NCBI GenBank assembly: GCA_965215565.1
Contig: CBDCDZ010000004.1
Span: forward strand, 608,001 to 672,000
DNA from: Trueperaceae bacterium
GTDB lineage: Bacteria; Deinococcota; Deinococci; Deinococcales; Trueperaceae
DNA length: 64,000 bases
Direction of reading: 5' to 3'
Numbering within the stretch: position 1 is the first letter of the stretch; every line of letters begins with the position of its first letter. The position numbers and the translations under genes were made by a program. This document shows positions 1 through 10,627 of this stretch, one piece after another. Under the pieces are notes generated by a model. That model had not been told where the DNA came from, did no database searches, and worked only from the letters and a program-made list of their open reading frames with translations.

Positions 1-392
1 GTCTCAGGAACCTGCTCTCGTGGATGGACGACAAGGAGATGAAGCGGGCGCTCGTCACAAGTGCGCCGAGCGAAAACGTGGACTACATGTTGCGCTCAGC
101 AGGTTTGGAGGGCAAGTTCCCCGTCATGGTGCTAGCCGAGCGGCTGGAGCACGGCAAACCCAACCCGCAACCCTATCAGGAAAGCTTGGAGGAGCTGAGC
201 GTGTCGGCTGAACAGGCCCTCGCGTTCGAGGACTCTCTAGCGGGGGTCCAGTCGGCCTCGAGCGCGGGCATCTTAACGGTTGGCGTGGCGTCAACGCAAA
301 AGCCCGAAGACCTCAAGAAGTGCGGCGCGGCGCTCGTCATTCGCGACTTTACCGACGAGGCGCTCTGGACGGTGCTGCGTTCAGAAGAGTAG
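1..392 (+). CDS. HAD-family hydrolase (beta-phosphoglucomutase-like), 5' end outside window
   Basis: Motifs VTS, GKPNPQPY and AFEDSLAGVQSA; frame is open back to the window edge. Confidence 0.85.
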   Translation, partial: LRNLLSWMDDKEMKRALVTSAPSENVDYMLRSAGLEGKFPVMVLAERLEHGKPNPQPYQESLEELSVSAEQALAFEDSLAGVQSASSAGILTVGVASTQKPEDLKKCGAALVIRDFTDEALWTVLRSEE

Positions 393-426
393 AGGATAAA
401 AAGAAGGATTTCGAAGCCCTGACCTC

Positions 427-658
427 TTATACGGATTCTGATTGATTACTGCATAAACTCCAACGCTTCGCGCTTCTACGGAGTCGGAGTTTCTTCCGTC
501 CTCATCGGAATCCGTACTTTTTCATCTCGCTAGAGAGTCTTCAACCGGGCGTATCATGCCGTTGTCAGCACCCGTAGCTTTGATCTGAAGATACTACCTC
601 CGGTTGAAGACTCTTTGCTCGGGGTAATTCCTACGGGAATTACCCGGAAACCGTATTA
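427..658. repeat. Small intergenic repeat family A (MITE/SNR-like), copy 1, with nested insert
   Basis: TTA-TACGGATTC...GGAAACCGTA-TTA; near-identical to 10628-10991 and related to 45422-45582; TTA on both flanks. Confidence 0.85.
534..614. repeat. Short element with 15-bp perfect terminal inverted repeat, nested in repeat A copy 1
   Basis: AGAGTCTTCAACCGG (534-548) and CCGGTTGAAGACTCT (600-614); absent from the copy at 45422. Confidence 0.7.
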
Positions 659-1164
659 CTGCTTGTTTTTAGCTCGAGTAAGAATTTTGTAAGAGCTTCT
701 GAGCTACCCTAGCTGTGGGTGTGAACGGTGTCCTGCAAAGGATTCTCCCAACCGTTCACACCCTCTTTTGTTCTCTCATTAAAGAAAAGTTTCACAATGC
801 TCTAGCTCGTGAATATTTTGTCTCTTACGTTTCTTGATCGTCATAGATCAATACTTCGGACAGTTTTGATTAGATTTGATCAGTACGGCGAAACTTGCTC
901 GCTTAAGGCACGAATAGAGCTGTTTTCCAGTTTAGGAATTTGCGTCTGTGACAGTACTTCTTATTTAATGCAAGTTCGCTTTTGACCTAAGTTTACATTG
1001 AGTACAGATAAGCCCGGGTAAGTCTCGCCCCTCACGTAAGGTGGGCTTGCGAAAAGTGTCCGAACGGTTGGTAGATATGAGTTTTGGTTATTGAAGCACG
1101 GTGTCGGAAGCGCTCGGGCGTGCTGTTCGAACTGCGTCATCACGGCGGTCACTGTTCAGATACC

Positions 1165-1779
1165 TCAAGATGTCTCGGTCAACCCCAACGTCGTTTCTAT
1201 AACGCCGTAGAGCGGACGCCCCATCTTCTCTTCGAAGTAGGTTTGAAGGTCTAAATACGCGCGCCAACGAGAGAGCGTGAAGTCATTGAAACCGTAGCGC
1301 AGCGTCACGTCCACAAAGCGCTTTTCCAGCGTGCAGCAGCCTGAGGGTAGGGCTAGGCAATCGCAGAGTTGGAGCAGCCTGTCGTAGTCGGTGTAGGTTA
1401 CATCCTCGAGGTAGCGCTGAACGAACGCCCTCTCCTCTTCTGAGCAGTCCCAAGCGCCTACCGCCGTCTCTACATTTCGGTTGTCGGGTATGGGAAAGGA
1501 GTGAGTTAAGCAAACTTGCGCGGCGTCCTCGAAGCCCCGCGCGGCGAGGAAGGTATAACCGTCCAGTATATGCCGGTTCGCGGTCACACCCTCGCGTCGC
1601 CCGATGTCGTGGAGGTAACCCAGAATGAAGGCTTTGTTAGGTTCCAACCCCTCACAGTGATTCGCTATTGCTTCCGCCGCTTTTGCCACGTTGATGGAAT
1701 GCTGAACCCAAGGACCGGGGTTGCGCGTTTCGGCTTCAAAGAGCAGGGTCTTTGCTTCTGCTAACGTTGGGATGTCCAT
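1165..1779 (-). CDS. HD-domain metal-dependent phosphohydrolase
   Basis: QHS...LHDIGR...H...H...D motifs. Confidence 0.85.
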   Translation of the reverse strand: MDIPTLAEAKTLLFEAETRNPGPWVQHSINVAKAAEAIANHCEGLEPNKAFILGYLHDIGRREGVTANRHILDGYTFLAARGFEDAAQVCLTHSFPIPDNRNVETAVGAWDCSEEERAFVQRYLEDVTYTDYDRLLQLCDCLALPSGCCTLEKRFVDVTLRYGFNDFTLSRWRAYLDLQTYFEEKMGRPLYGVIETTLGLTETS

Positions 1780-1790
1780 ACCGGATGATA

Positions 1791-2200
1791 TAGCACTTCC
1801 AAAATATATTGAGACAGAGTGCCGCTTTCTGAAAGCCCGCAGGGACGTAGTTTTCGCTCCGCGAAGGGTCTCAGACGAAGTCTAGCGGGATTTCACCTCA
1901 CAACGTTGCGTGCTAATACGAGGTTGCACGGAATAGTTTTGCAAAACTATTCCGTGCCCATCTGTGATGGTAAGCTCTAACGCCCTCAGTTAGGGTAAGT
2001 AAGCTATGCAACTCCGTATAATTTCTGAAAGCTGCGCAGCAGACGGAGTTTTCGCAAGGCGAATTACGAAGTTTTCCGATTACGTAGTTTTTGCGCAGCA
2101 AAAGGAAACAGTGTTTTCTACAGTGAGGGTGTTGCTCCGCATCGCTTCGCGCACTCAGACCAGATGAAGTCGCGTGGTCCCGCTCCCGCTAGACCTGCTA
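1791..2200. repeat. Repeat family B (MITE-like), composite copy carrying nested family D
   Basis: TAGCAC...ACCTGCTA ends; ATA duplicated at 1788-1790 and 2201-2203; body shared with the 30565 and 46730 copies. Confidence 0.8.
1914..2021. repeat. Repeat family D (MITE-like), nested in family B
   Basis: TAA-TACGAGGTTGCA...TGCAACTCCGTA-TAA; homologous to 22884-23223. Confidence 0.8.
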
Positions 2201-2224
2201 ATACTGGAACCGCGTCGAACCTAC

Positions 2225-3844
2225 CTAAACAGTCTGCACCTCTTGGAGCAACTCGCGGGCGTGCGCCAGGGCGGTTTCGGTGGTGGCACCCGAGAGCATC
2301 CGCGCGAGTTCGGCTTCGCGCCCTTGCGGTTCTAAGCGCGAGATGCGCGTGGCGGTGCGCCCGCCGCGCTCGAGCTTCTCGACGTAAAACTGCGTGTCGG
2401 CGAACGCGGCGACTTGCGGCAGGTGCGTCACGACGAGCACCTGGTGGTGCGCGGCTAAGCGCTTGAGGAGCGCGCCTACCGAGCGGGCAGTCTGTCCGCC
2501 GAGCCCGGCGTCCACCTCGTCGAAGATGAGCGTCGCGGCGTCCGTGCCCGTGGCGACGTTTAAGCTGAGCATCAAACGTGAGAGTTCGCCCCCCGACGCC
2601 ACCGCGCTCAGGGGCGCGGGCGGCTCGCCCAAGTTGGCGCTGAAGAGAAAGGTGACTCGGTCCTGACCGTGCGCGTTGAGTTCGTCTCTGCGCTCCAAGC
2701 CGACGACGAAGCGGGCGTTCGCCATACCGAGAGGGCGGAGTTCGCGGGTCACAGCTTCGGAGAGGGTTTGCGCCGCTCTGCTCCTCGCTCGGGTCAAGGT
2801 GTCCGCTCCGGTTTGGAGCACCTCGCGGAGCCGCGCGCGCTCCGCTTCTAGCTCGCTCATGTCGCCTTCAGCGCGCTCGAGCCTGCGCAACTCCTCACTC
2901 GCGCGCTCGTAGTACTCGAGCACCGCCGCCACGCTGTCGCCGTACTTGAGCTTGAGACCTTCGATCTGTGCCAAGCGGCGTTCGGTAGTCTCGAGCTGCC
3001 CCGCGTCGAGTTCGAAGTCGCTCAGGAAACTGCTGACCTCGGCGCTGACGGCTTCGACGCTGGCGAGCGCGTCGCTGAGTTCGCGCCCAAGGTCCGCGAG
3101 CGTCTTGTTGTAGCGCCCCGCGCCCTGCAAGTCGCGGAGCGCGGCGGCGATGAGGTCCACGGCGTTCGACTCGCCCTCGCTGAGCCCCTGCACCGCGCCG
3201 CCCGCCCCCTGCACGATGCGTTCGGCGTGGCGCAGGCTGTCCAAGCGTTCGCGGAGCGCCGCCTCTTCGCCCGCTCGAAGGTTCGCCGCGCCGATCTCCT
3301 CGAGTTGAAACTGGAGCATGTCGAGCCGCTGCGCCCGCTCGCGCAGCGCAGTTTTAAGCGCGGCAAGGTCTCTCTCTACGTCGGTGAACCGCCGATATGA
3401 GATGCGGTATTCATGCAGAGCCTTCAGCGCGTTCGGCAGCAATAAACGGTCCAAAAGCTGCCGCTGCGCCGCGCTGTCTAGGAGCGTCTGCGAGGCGTGC
3501 TGGCCGTGGATTGCGATGAGGTGAGCGCCCACCTCGGCAAGTTCGCCTACCGTGACGAGTTCGCCATTCACGCGGGCGCTGCTCCGCCCCGAACGCTGCA
3601 AGCGCCGCGCCGCCGACTCCAAGCGGGCGTCCTCGAACAGCCCTTGGATGAGCGCGCTCTGCGCCCCGGTGCGTATCAGCGACGAGTCGGCGCGTCCGCC
3701 AATCAAAAGGCTCAGCGCGTCGATCAAGATGGACTTTCCCGCACCCGTCTCGCCCGTCAAGACGTTCAGACCAGGCGAGAGTTCTAAACGCAGTTCGTCC
3801 ACGATGGCGAAGTCTTTAAGCTCCAGAGCGACTAGCACAGGCAT
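2225..3844 (-). CDS. recN: DNA repair protein RecN
   Basis: LTGETGAGKS Walker A, ASGGELSR signature, FDEVDAG Walker B, VTHLPQVAA; true start may be GTG at 3838. Confidence 0.97.
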   Translation of the reverse strand: MPVLVALELKDFAIVDELRLELSPGLNVLTGETGAGKSILIDALSLLIGGRADSSLIRTGAQSALIQGLFEDARLESAARRLQRSGRSSARVNGELVTVGELAEVGAHLIAIHGQHASQTLLDSAAQRQLLDRLLLPNALKALHEYRISYRRFTDVERDLAALKTALRERAQRLDMLQFQLEEIGAANLRAGEEAALRERLDSLRHAERIVQGAGGAVQGLSEGESNAVDLIAAALRDLQGAGRYNKTLADLGRELSDALASVEAVSAEVSSFLSDFELDAGQLETTERRLAQIEGLKLKYGDSVAAVLEYYERASEELRRLERAEGDMSELEAERARLREVLQTGADTLTRARSRAAQTLSEAVTRELRPLGMANARFVVGLERRDELNAHGQDRVTFLFSANLGEPPAPLSAVASGGELSRLMLSLNVATGTDAATLIFDEVDAGLGGQTARSVGALLKRLAAHHQVLVVTHLPQVAAFADTQFYVEKLERGGRTATRISRLEPQGREAELARMLSGATTETALAHARELLQEVQTV

Positions 3845-3966
3845 AAGTATAAAGGGTATAGGGGAGGAGAAAACGTGAGAGGCTACGGGAGGGTGGACTC
3901 GAGCGGCGAGCGTTATACCTGCACTAAGTCACTTCTAAGGCTTCTCATATTCGCTATACTTCAGGG

Positions 3967-4893
3967 ATGAACCAAATGGGCACCGTGCGCTATGTTGAAT
4001 GTCCGCGTGACGCTTGGCAGGGGTTGGCAGGTTTTATCCCTACCGAGGTGAAGGTGCGCCACCTCAGCGCGCTTTTAGAAGCGGGCTTTCACTCGCTCGA
4101 CATGGGCTCGTTCGTCTCACCTAAAGCCGTGCCGCAGCTCGCCGATACGGAGGCGGTCTTGGAGGTGGTCCTGGAGACGCTCTCAGCGTCACCTCGAGAA
4201 ACTTCCAAAACCAACCTCTTAGCCATCGTCGCGAACGAGCGAGGTTTAGCGCGAGCTATTGAAACGGGGGTCTCGAGCGTCGGCTACCCGCTCTCGGTCA
4301 ACGAGACCTTTCAGCGGCGCAACACGGGGCGCACCTTGGCGGAGTCGTGGGCGCTCGCCAAAAGGATGCGGCGCGAAACCGCGGCGCACGGCTTGGGCTT
4401 CACCGTCTACCTCTCGATGGGCTTCGGCAACCCTTACGGCGAAGCTTGGAAGCCCGGCGACACGGCGGACGCGGTGGCGCGGCTTAGGGAGCTAGGCGTG
4501 CAGGACATCGCCCTTGCGGATACGGTGGGCACGGCGGACGCCCGCAAGGTGGACGCGGTGCTAAGCGCGGTGAAGGAACCCGAACCGCTCGGCCTACACC
4601 TGCACGCCCGCCCGGACGCTTGGCAAGAACCCGTGGAGGTGGCCCTCTCGTACGGTCTGCGCTGGCTCGAGGGGACGCTCGCGGGGGTGGGCGGCTGCCC
4701 CTTCGCAGCGGACGACCTGGTGGGCAACTTGCCCACCGAGCGCGTCGTGCCGTTTTTAGAAGACAGGGGCTTTCGTACGGGTATTGACCTCGGGCGCTTG
4801 CCCGCGCTCGGCGCGCGCGCGGCGGCGCTCAGCGTGCGTTACGGTGCGGCTGGCGGTGCGGCTCATGAGGACCCACAAGGCGAGGCGCTGTAG
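3967..4893 (+). CDS. Hydroxymethylglutaryl-CoA lyase
   Basis: ECPRDAWQG, SFVSPKAVPQ, LADTVG, LHLH and GGCPFA motifs. Confidence 0.9.
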   Translation: MNQMGTVRYVECPRDAWQGLAGFIPTEVKVRHLSALLEAGFHSLDMGSFVSPKAVPQLADTEAVLEVVLETLSASPRETSKTNLLAIVANERGLARAIETGVSSVGYPLSVNETFQRRNTGRTLAESWALAKRMRRETAAHGLGFTVYLSMGFGNPYGEAWKPGDTADAVARLRELGVQDIALADTVGTADARKVDAVLSAVKEPEPLGLHLHARPDAWQEPVEVALSYGLRWLEGTLAGVGGCPFAADDLVGNLPTERVVPFLEDRGFRTGIDLGRLPALGARAAALSVRYGAAGGAAHEDPQGEAL

Positions 4894-4896
4894 CCT

Positions 4897-6633
4897 ATGC
4901 AAGACAGGTTCAACTCAGAGGTTGCCAAGAGGTTGCGCACGGTTACGCTCGTCCTGGCACTCCTCTACCTCTTCTACGCGCCGAGCCATCTATTCGTCAT
5001 AAGCGGCGCGAACGGTTTCGTCATGGCGGCGGTTGCACTGGCGTCGTCAGCGCTCTTTATCGGTCTATATAGACGCTGGGGCGCGCAGCCCGTCCACCCG
5101 GTGCGGGCGCACCCCGCCGCGGCGCTGCTCGTGAGCGTCGTTCTCGGCAACTGCTTGGCACACCTCTACCTCACCGCCGAGATCGAGCAGACCACCAACG
5201 TGCTGCTCCTTATCGTCGCTCTAGGTAGCCTGCTGCTCTCGCTACCCTGGCTGCTCGGCTGCGTCGCCATGAGCGCCCTCGCTTGGGGGCTCGTCGTTTT
5301 GGCGCTGCCCAACGCCACCTCGGACATCTTGCACTACAGCTTTGCGCTCTTCGCCGCTTCACTCTTTTCGGTGCTCATCTACGCCGTGCGCGCGCGCATG
5401 TTGGGCAACCTAGAGCGCACAGTGACGTCCTTGCGGGAGAGCGAGGAGCGCTTTCAGCGCCTCGCGGACGCCAGCTTCGAGGGCATCCTCGTCCACGACA
5501 AGGGCACGATTATTGACACCAACGCGCGGCTGGGCGCGATGATCGGGTTTGGTCCCGACGAACTCATCGGGCGGCACGTAAGCGAGTTCGTCACGGGCGA
5601 ATCGGTGGCGTTCGTACAGGAGCGCACCTCATCGGGTGAGGTGCGCAGCGAGCCCGCCGAGGTGACAGGGCGCAGGCGCGACGGCAGTTCCTTATCCGTG
5701 GAGTTGCTCGAGCGTCCCCTCCCCTACAAGGAGCGCACCGTGCGCGTGGTGGCGGTGCGTGACCTCAGCGTCTACAAGCGCACCGAAGCCGCGCTGCGCC
5801 GCTCCCAAGCCGAGCTGCGCGAGAAGAACCGCGAATTGGAGCACGCCAACCGCCTCAAGAGCGAATTTTTGGCGACGATGTCGCACGAACTGCGCACCCC
5901 CTTGACGGCGGTGCTCGGGTTTTCGCAGCTTTTAGGCGACGAGCTGTTCGGACCCCTCAACGAGAAGCAGCGCGAGCAGGTGAGGAGCATCCACGACTCG
6001 GGCTCGCACCTGCTCTCGCTCATCAGCGACATCTTGGACCTCTCAAAGATCGAGGCGGACCGGGTGAGCTTGACGCGCCAAGAAAGGGAGGTAGCCCCGC
6101 TTTTGCAGGGCGCGCTCGAGGTGGTGCGCTCGAGCGCCGACGCCAAGGGCATCCACCTCAGCGCGCAGTTAGGGGTGGGCGTCACCACCCTCTACTGCGA
6201 CGCTACGCGCGTCAAACAGGTGCTCTATAACTACCTGGGCAACGCCATCAAATTCACGCCCATTGGCGGAGAGGTGACGCTCCACGCACGTGAAGTGGAC
6301 GGCGCGTTGCACGTCGAGGTAGAGGATAACGGCATCGGCGTCGCAGCGGAAGACCTGCCCAAGCTCTTCCAGCCGTTCTCGCAGGTGGACAGCTCATTGG
6401 CGCGCAACTACGGCGGGACGGGTCTGGGGCTCGCCCTCTCGAAGCGCCTCGTCGAGCTGCACGGCGGCGAGGTGTGGGTCAGGAGCACACCGGGTGAGGG
6501 AAGTTGCTTCGGCTTCTCGCTGCCGAACATCCTTCTCGGAGAAGGTGGCGCAGTCCACGCTGAAAGAGACCACGCTGAAGAAAAGCGTGCCCAAAGCGCA
6601 GATACGCCGCTCGTAGAAACGTCGGAACGCTAG
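4897..6633 (+). CDS. Membrane PAS-domain sensor histidine kinase
   Basis: N-terminal TM helices, PAS domain, H-box [10 protein letters not shown]-box NAIKFT, G-box GGTGLGL. Confidence 0.93.
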   Translation: MQDRFNSEVAKRLRTVTLVLALLYLFYAPSHLFVISGANGFVMAAVALASSALFIGLYRRWGAQPVHPVRAHPAAALLVSVVLGNCLAHLYLTAEIEQTTNVLLLIVALGSLLLSLPWLLGCVAMSALAWGLVVLALPNATSDILHYSFALFAASLFSVLIYAVRARMLGNLERTVTSLRESEERFQRLADASFEGILVHDKGTIIDTNARLGAMIGFGPDELIGRHVSEFVTGESVAFVQERTSSGEVRSEPAEVTGRRRDGSSLSVELLERPLPYKERTVRVVAVRDLSVYKRTEAALRRSQAELREKNRELEHANRLKSEFLATMSHELRTPLTAVLGFSQLLGDELFGPLNEKQREQVRSIHDSGSHLLSLISDILDLSKIEADRVSLTRQEREVAPLLQGALEVVRSSADAKGIHLSAQLGVGVTTLYCDATRVKQVLYNYLGNAIKFTPIGGEVTLHAREVDGALHVEVEDNGIGVAAEDLPKLFQPFSQVDSSLARNYGGTGLGLALSKRLVELHGGEVWVRSTPGEGSCFGFSLPNILLGEGGAVHAERDHAEEKRAQSADTPLVETSER

Positions 6634-7219
6634 GAAGAATCTGGACCTCTCAGATACAAAAACCGGTTTCCTTTGATGTGACGAAATGCTATCGTTCCAT
6701 GTATAGCAGGTATCATCTGGTTTGAGCCAATCTCACGAGATAGAACATCGTGCAGCACGCACTTTAAGGGATGATATCTGCGTGATTCAAGCTCAGTACT
6801 TCTGATAACCGCTATACATCTACACTGTTGAGGTTTTCGTCGAAGATGAGTCTATCGAGAGGATCATCAAGGTAGGCATAGCCTTTTGTTGTTCCATCAC
6901 TAAATACGACCATATAAGCGCTAAATGCGTTGTTCACATCTTCTTGATCTACACCAATACCGATTAAATCTAAACGTTTAAGTTGTTCTTGTAACGCCTC
7001 AATTTGTGTATCGTTGAGGCGCGGCGTATAGGAGTCAGAGTGTTGACTCAAGTCTACATCCAGCCAGTTGTCAGACCACTCATCCACTTGCGCCAGCAAC
7101 GCCTCGAACTCCGCTTCATGCTCGTAGAAATGCTGAATCATGCGGTCGTCGCTAGGGGCGCAGCTCGAGAGCAAAAGCACAAAGCCTAGCATTGTGAGTA
7201 AATTGAGATGCAAGTTCAT
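6630..7219 (-). pseudogene. Lipoprotein gene interrupted near its 3' end by repeat B
   Basis: Lipobox LSSC; the stop at 6812-6814 comes from the repeat end; removing the repeat plus one TA restores ...[26 protein letters not shown] ending at 6630. Confidence 0.8.
6704..6814. repeat. Repeat family B, short form
   Basis: TAGCAGGTATCATCTGGTTTGAGCC...GATAACCGCTA flanked by TA/TA; highly similar to 10257-10367. Confidence 0.88.
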
Positions 7220-7307
7220 TATTCACAAGTCTATGTGCGTTTTATCTACAAGGTTGTGACGCCCAACCGAGCGAGTAGCGCAAGTGAACAGTGTAGAACC
7301 GCCGAAC

Positions 7308-8336
7308 TCAACTCGGCACGTCGAACCCTCGAGCCTCCAACTCCTCTTTCGCCACCTCCAAGACCTGCCGCCGCGCCTCCTCCAAGCCGGCGTGCACCGT
7401 CGCGCCCGCCGCCGCCACGTGCCCGCCGCCACCGAACGCTAAGCAGACCGCCTGCGCCGAGACGCCTTCGCGTGCGCGCACCGAAAGCTTGGTTTTAGGT
7501 CCTTCGTCGTCCGTGCGCTCTTTGAGAAAAATCGCGAGTTGCGCCCCTTCCGCGTAGCGGATGAAGCCGACGTAGTCGTCCGAGTCGTCGTCCGTTGGTC
7601 CTATCTCGTCGCGCATCGCTTGGGTGATGCGCGCCATAGCCACAAGGCCGCCGAGAGGAAACTCCACGGTGGACATCACCTTGCCGAGCATCCTGAAGTA
7701 GTCGGGGTGACGCCACTGCAGCCGATCGGTAAGTTCGGCGTAGGGCACGCCGTGGGCGATGAGAGCGCCCGCCGCTTGCAGCGTTTCGGGCGTCGTGTTG
7801 CCGAAGCGGAGGTTGCCCGTGTCAGTTAAGATGCCCGTCAAGCAGGGCGTCGCGATGGCGGGGGTCCAGGCGACGCCTAGCGCGTCCACGACGTCTTTGA
7901 CGATGTGCGCGGTAGCCGCGCGGCTCGGCTCGACGCAGGCGAGATCGCCGAAGCGGGCGTTCGTTCCGTGATGATCCACGTTGAGCGTATACGCCGCGCC
8001 CGCTAGAGGCGCGCCCTCAGCGCGATCTTCGTCCGCGACGTCCAAAATGGCGAGCAGGCACCCTTCGGGCAGCCGCTCCAGCGGAGGCGAAAGTTCGCCC
8101 TCCTCCGCCAAGAAGGAGAGGTAGCGCGGCGCGTCCAGCGGCAGCGTCGTCTCCTTGCCGAGCGCGTCCAGAGCGCGTTTGAGCGCGAGCGTACTGCCGA
8201 GTGCGTCGCCGTCAGGATCGACGTGGGCGATGAGGACAACAGGTCCGCGCCAAGCTTTGAGCGTGCGAGCGACCTCTTGGATTTTAGCGGTGTAGTTGGT
8301 TTCGCCGGAGTTGTCAACGGGGGGAGAAAGGCTCAT
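7308..8336 (-). CDS. nrnA: DHH/DHHA1 bifunctional oligoribonuclease/PAP phosphatase
   Basis: HVDPDGDALGS, DHH, TDTG and GGGH motifs; start chosen at the ATG 6 nt after TATACT. Confidence 0.9.
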   Translation of the reverse strand: MSLSPPVDNSGETNYTAKIQEVARTLKAWRGPVVLIAHVDPDGDALGSTLALKRALDALGKETTLPLDAPRYLSFLAEEGELSPPLERLPEGCLLAILDVADEDRAEGAPLAGAAYTLNVDHHGTNARFGDLACVEPSRAATAHIVKDVVDALGVAWTPAIATPCLTGILTDTGNLRFGNTTPETLQAAGALIAHGVPYAELTDRLQWRHPDYFRMLGKVMSTVEFPLGGLVAMARITQAMRDEIGPTDDDSDDYVGFIRYAEGAQLAIFLKERTDDEGPKTKLSVRAREGVSAQAVCLAFGGGGHVAAAGATVHAGLEEARRQVLEVAKEELEARGFDVPS

Positions 8337-8428
8337 CAGCGCAGTATACGTGCTCACTTGGAGCAAAAAATGAGTCATTTGTACCTAAAGATGGGCGTAG
8401 TGCAGAGGTGAACAAACGTTCGTGTAAG

Positions 8429-8563
8429 AGACCTCTTACAAAAGTGGGAGGCGGGCGCTGTTCGGCTTCCGCGTTTGCCAAGTGAGTCACGCAGTCTGGC
8501 GTTAGCCTTGCGAGTAGGAGTAGACGTACTCAGCGGATGAAGTCGTACTTTTGCAAGAGGTCT
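8429..8563. repeat. MITE-like element with 17-bp terminal inverted repeat (single copy here)
   Basis: AGACCTCTTACAAAAGT ... ACTTTTGCAAGAGGTCT (16/17 match). Confidence 0.65.
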
Positions 8564-8664
8564 AGAGACAGTCGACGATAGGGGCGTTCATTTGCGTAAT
8601 GACGAATACGGCATAGCTCAGCGGACCGGTCTACCCTTAGAGTTAATGAGGTAACGGACAAAGG

Positions 8665-10239
8665 TTGAATACACCTACCCATACACCAACCCAAGAAAGC
8701 GAGCGAGGCGTGGAACATGAGGCTAAGGAGCAGGCGATAGCGAGGTCAGAAGAAACGGCGTCGGATCGGCAAGAGCAAGAGGTCGAAGAGACGCGGGCTG
8801 GAGAGATAGCGTCTCGAGAGACGCTAGTCGGAGCAGCTTCCGAAGGCGATGCGGGAGAAAAGCTTTACGCTGCACATGAAGACGTGACAAGTGAGGACGT
8901 AACAAGTAAAAATATGGTTGCAGCGCAGGAACAAGCAGATGAGGGGCGAGAAGGTACCGCGAACAGTGACGTGGGACCCCCCCGAATCGCCCCTACGTCA
9001 GCCTCCAGCGCAGAACCCTCACCCACATTGACCTCGTCCCCGGCGCGCACGATGCGTCGTGTTTTTCTCCTTCTAGGGCTCCTCTTCACGGTTGGGCTCG
9101 TCGCTCTGGGTACTCAGCGCTCCGAACCTCAGCCCCAACTCGTGCAGCGCGGTCTACCTGAGGTTGTCGCGCCGCAAGGGGAGTTGCTGAGCCTATTTGA
9201 AGAGACACGCCCGGCGAGCTTGCAGATCGAGGTCAGGAGCGGCAACGTCTTTAGCTCGGTGGTGCAGGGCGTCGGCACGGGCTTTTTTATCTCGCCAGAC
9301 GGTCTGGTCCTGACCGCTTACCACGTCGTCGATCCGACAAACATACGCGATTCTCGCAGCCGCGCAGTGATTGGGGTAGGTCCTGACGAGACGCGCTATC
9401 CCTTAGAACTCGTCGGCTTCGACGCTTACCTGGACTTGGCGCTCTTGCAAGCGGACGTGCCGGATGAGGTGCCTTATCTTCCCTTAGCCGGTATGTCGAC
9501 GACGATAGGCAGCCAGGTTTTAGCGATCGGTAACTCTCGGGGCGACTTCTTGGAGGGACGCACCGGTGAGGTGACGCGCCTAGACGTCGCGCCTCTACGT
9601 TCCGACTTCGCCGACACCGCCATCGAACTCACCGCCCCGCTCGCGCCCGGCGACTCGGGCGGTCCGGTCATCAACCTAAACGGCGAGGCGATCGGCGTGG
9701 TGAGCTACATCGCGCTGACGGGCGCGCCGCAGAGCGGGTTTCTCGAGCCCTTCGCGGCGCAAACGGGACGCTTCAGCTCCTTCGCCATCCCCATCTCTGC
9801 CGAGAGCGACGTTATCGCGAGCCTGCGCGCGGGTGAGCGGCGCGACATCCCCGTAATCGGCTTCGAGGTGGGCGCGCCGCGCTACGGTTTGGGCAGGGAG
9901 TATAACCCGCGCCGCTCGAGGCGCTTCGACTTGGGTCCACGCTCGGGCATCATCGTGAACACCGTGATCCCTGGGGGTCCCGCCGATGAAGCGGGGCTGC
10001 GGAGCCTCGAGGCGGAGCCTATCGCCAACGACGCCGGACAGGTCATCGACTTCGCTCTCCAGGTGGATGTGATCACTGCCGTCGATGGTCAGCGCACCCG
10101 CGACTTTTACGAGCTACTCGGCATCTTGCGGGACAAAGGCGTCGGCGCTGAGGTGACGGTCACGGTGCAGCGCGGCGACGAGACGGTGGACTTGGAGCTG
10201 GAGCTAGCTCCTAGAACTACAACCTTTAGGACTCAGTAA
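8665..10239 (+). CDS. HtrA/DegP-like membrane serine protease with PDZ domain
   Basis: GTGF, TAYHV, DLALL and GDSGGP motifs, C-terminal PDZ; long acidic N-terminus before one TM; start uncertain. Confidence 0.88.
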   Translation: MNTPTHTPTQESERGVEHEAKEQAIARSEETASDRQEQEVEETRAGEIASRETLVGAASEGDAGEKLYAAHEDVTSEDVTSKNMVAAQEQADEGREGTANSDVGPPRIAPTSASSAEPSPTLTSSPARTMRRVFLLLGLLFTVGLVALGTQRSEPQPQLVQRGLPEVVAPQGELLSLFEETRPASLQIEVRSGNVFSSVVQGVGTGFFISPDGLVLTAYHVVDPTNIRDSRSRAVIGVGPDETRYPLELVGFDAYLDLALLQADVPDEVPYLPLAGMSTTIGSQVLAIGNSRGDFLEGRTGEVTRLDVAPLRSDFADTAIELTAPLAPGDSGGPVINLNGEAIGVVSYIALTGAPQSGFLEPFAAQTGRFSSFAIPISAESDVIASLRAGERRDIPVIGFEVGAPRYGLGREYNPRRSRRFDLGPRSGIIVNTVIPGGPADEAGLRSLEAEPIANDAGQVIDFALQVDVITAVDGQRTRDFYELLGILRDKGVGAEVTVTVQRGDETVDLELELAPRTTTFRTQ

Positions 10240-10256
10240 GCGTTTCACAAAAACTA

Positions 10257-10367
10257 TAGCAGGTATCATCTGGTTTGAGCCAATCTCACATGGTAGAACA
10301 ACGACTAGCACGCACATTGTCGGATGATATCTACGCTATTTCAGTCCAATACTTTTGATAACCGCTA
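10257..10367. repeat. Repeat family B, short form
   Basis: Same ends as 6704-6814, flanked by TA/TA. Confidence 0.88.
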
Positions 10368-10391
10368 TAGTAGGGAGCCCGCAAAAATAAG

Positions 10392-10421
10392 AAAGAAGCT
10401 CGGCTTTTGCCGAGCTTCTTT
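10392..10421. terminator. Bidirectional intrinsic terminator downstream of tRNA-Ile
   Basis: AAAGAAGCTCGGC-TTTT-GCCGAGCTTCTTT hairpin. Confidence 0.8.
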
Positions 10422-10425
10422 GCAG

Positions 10426-10499
10426 TGAGCGATGGTGGATTTGAACCACCGACCTCGTCGTTATCAGCGACGCGCTCTAACCAACTGAGCTAATCGCTC
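10426..10499 (-). tRNA. tRNA-Ile (GAT), CCA not encoded
   Basis: GAGCGAT acceptor stem, TAGCTCAGTTGGTTAGAGC D-arm, CGTCG-CTGATAA-CGACG anticodon arm, GGTTCAAATCC T-arm. Confidence 0.96.
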
Positions 10500-10513
10500 C
10501 CAAACAGAAAGAG

Positions 10514-10543
10514 AGTCTAGCATAGGGTTTCGCGCGGGGTCAA
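10514..10543 (-). promoter_or_regulatory. Sigma70-type promoter of tRNA-Ile
   Basis: TTGACC-N18-TAGACT with extended -10 TG. Confidence 0.6.
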
Positions 10544-10627
10544 GCCCAGCGAGCCTCAGCCTTCCCCCTTTCCTAAAAGCCTTCTTTCGTCTCCTAAACG
10601 TGAGGGGCGCGTAGGCGTTCGCCCCTC

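Noticed and set aside
717..769. Hairpin GGGTGTGAACGG/CCGTTCACACCC as a riboswitch
   Set aside because: No conserved aptamer motifs recognised; more likely a terminator or isolated palindrome
780..1152. AT-rich stretch and 63-aa ORF 961-1152
   Set aside because: No recognisable protein motif and multiple stops; possibly decayed foreign DNA but unsupported
1791..2200. Stacked short hairpin modules resembling a CRISPR array
   Set aside because: No constant repeat with unique equal-length spacers and no cas genes; explained as nested MITE/REP modules
10426..10499. tRNA-Ile as an integration site for a prophage or island
   Set aside because: No integrase and no duplicated tRNA 3' end seen in the window
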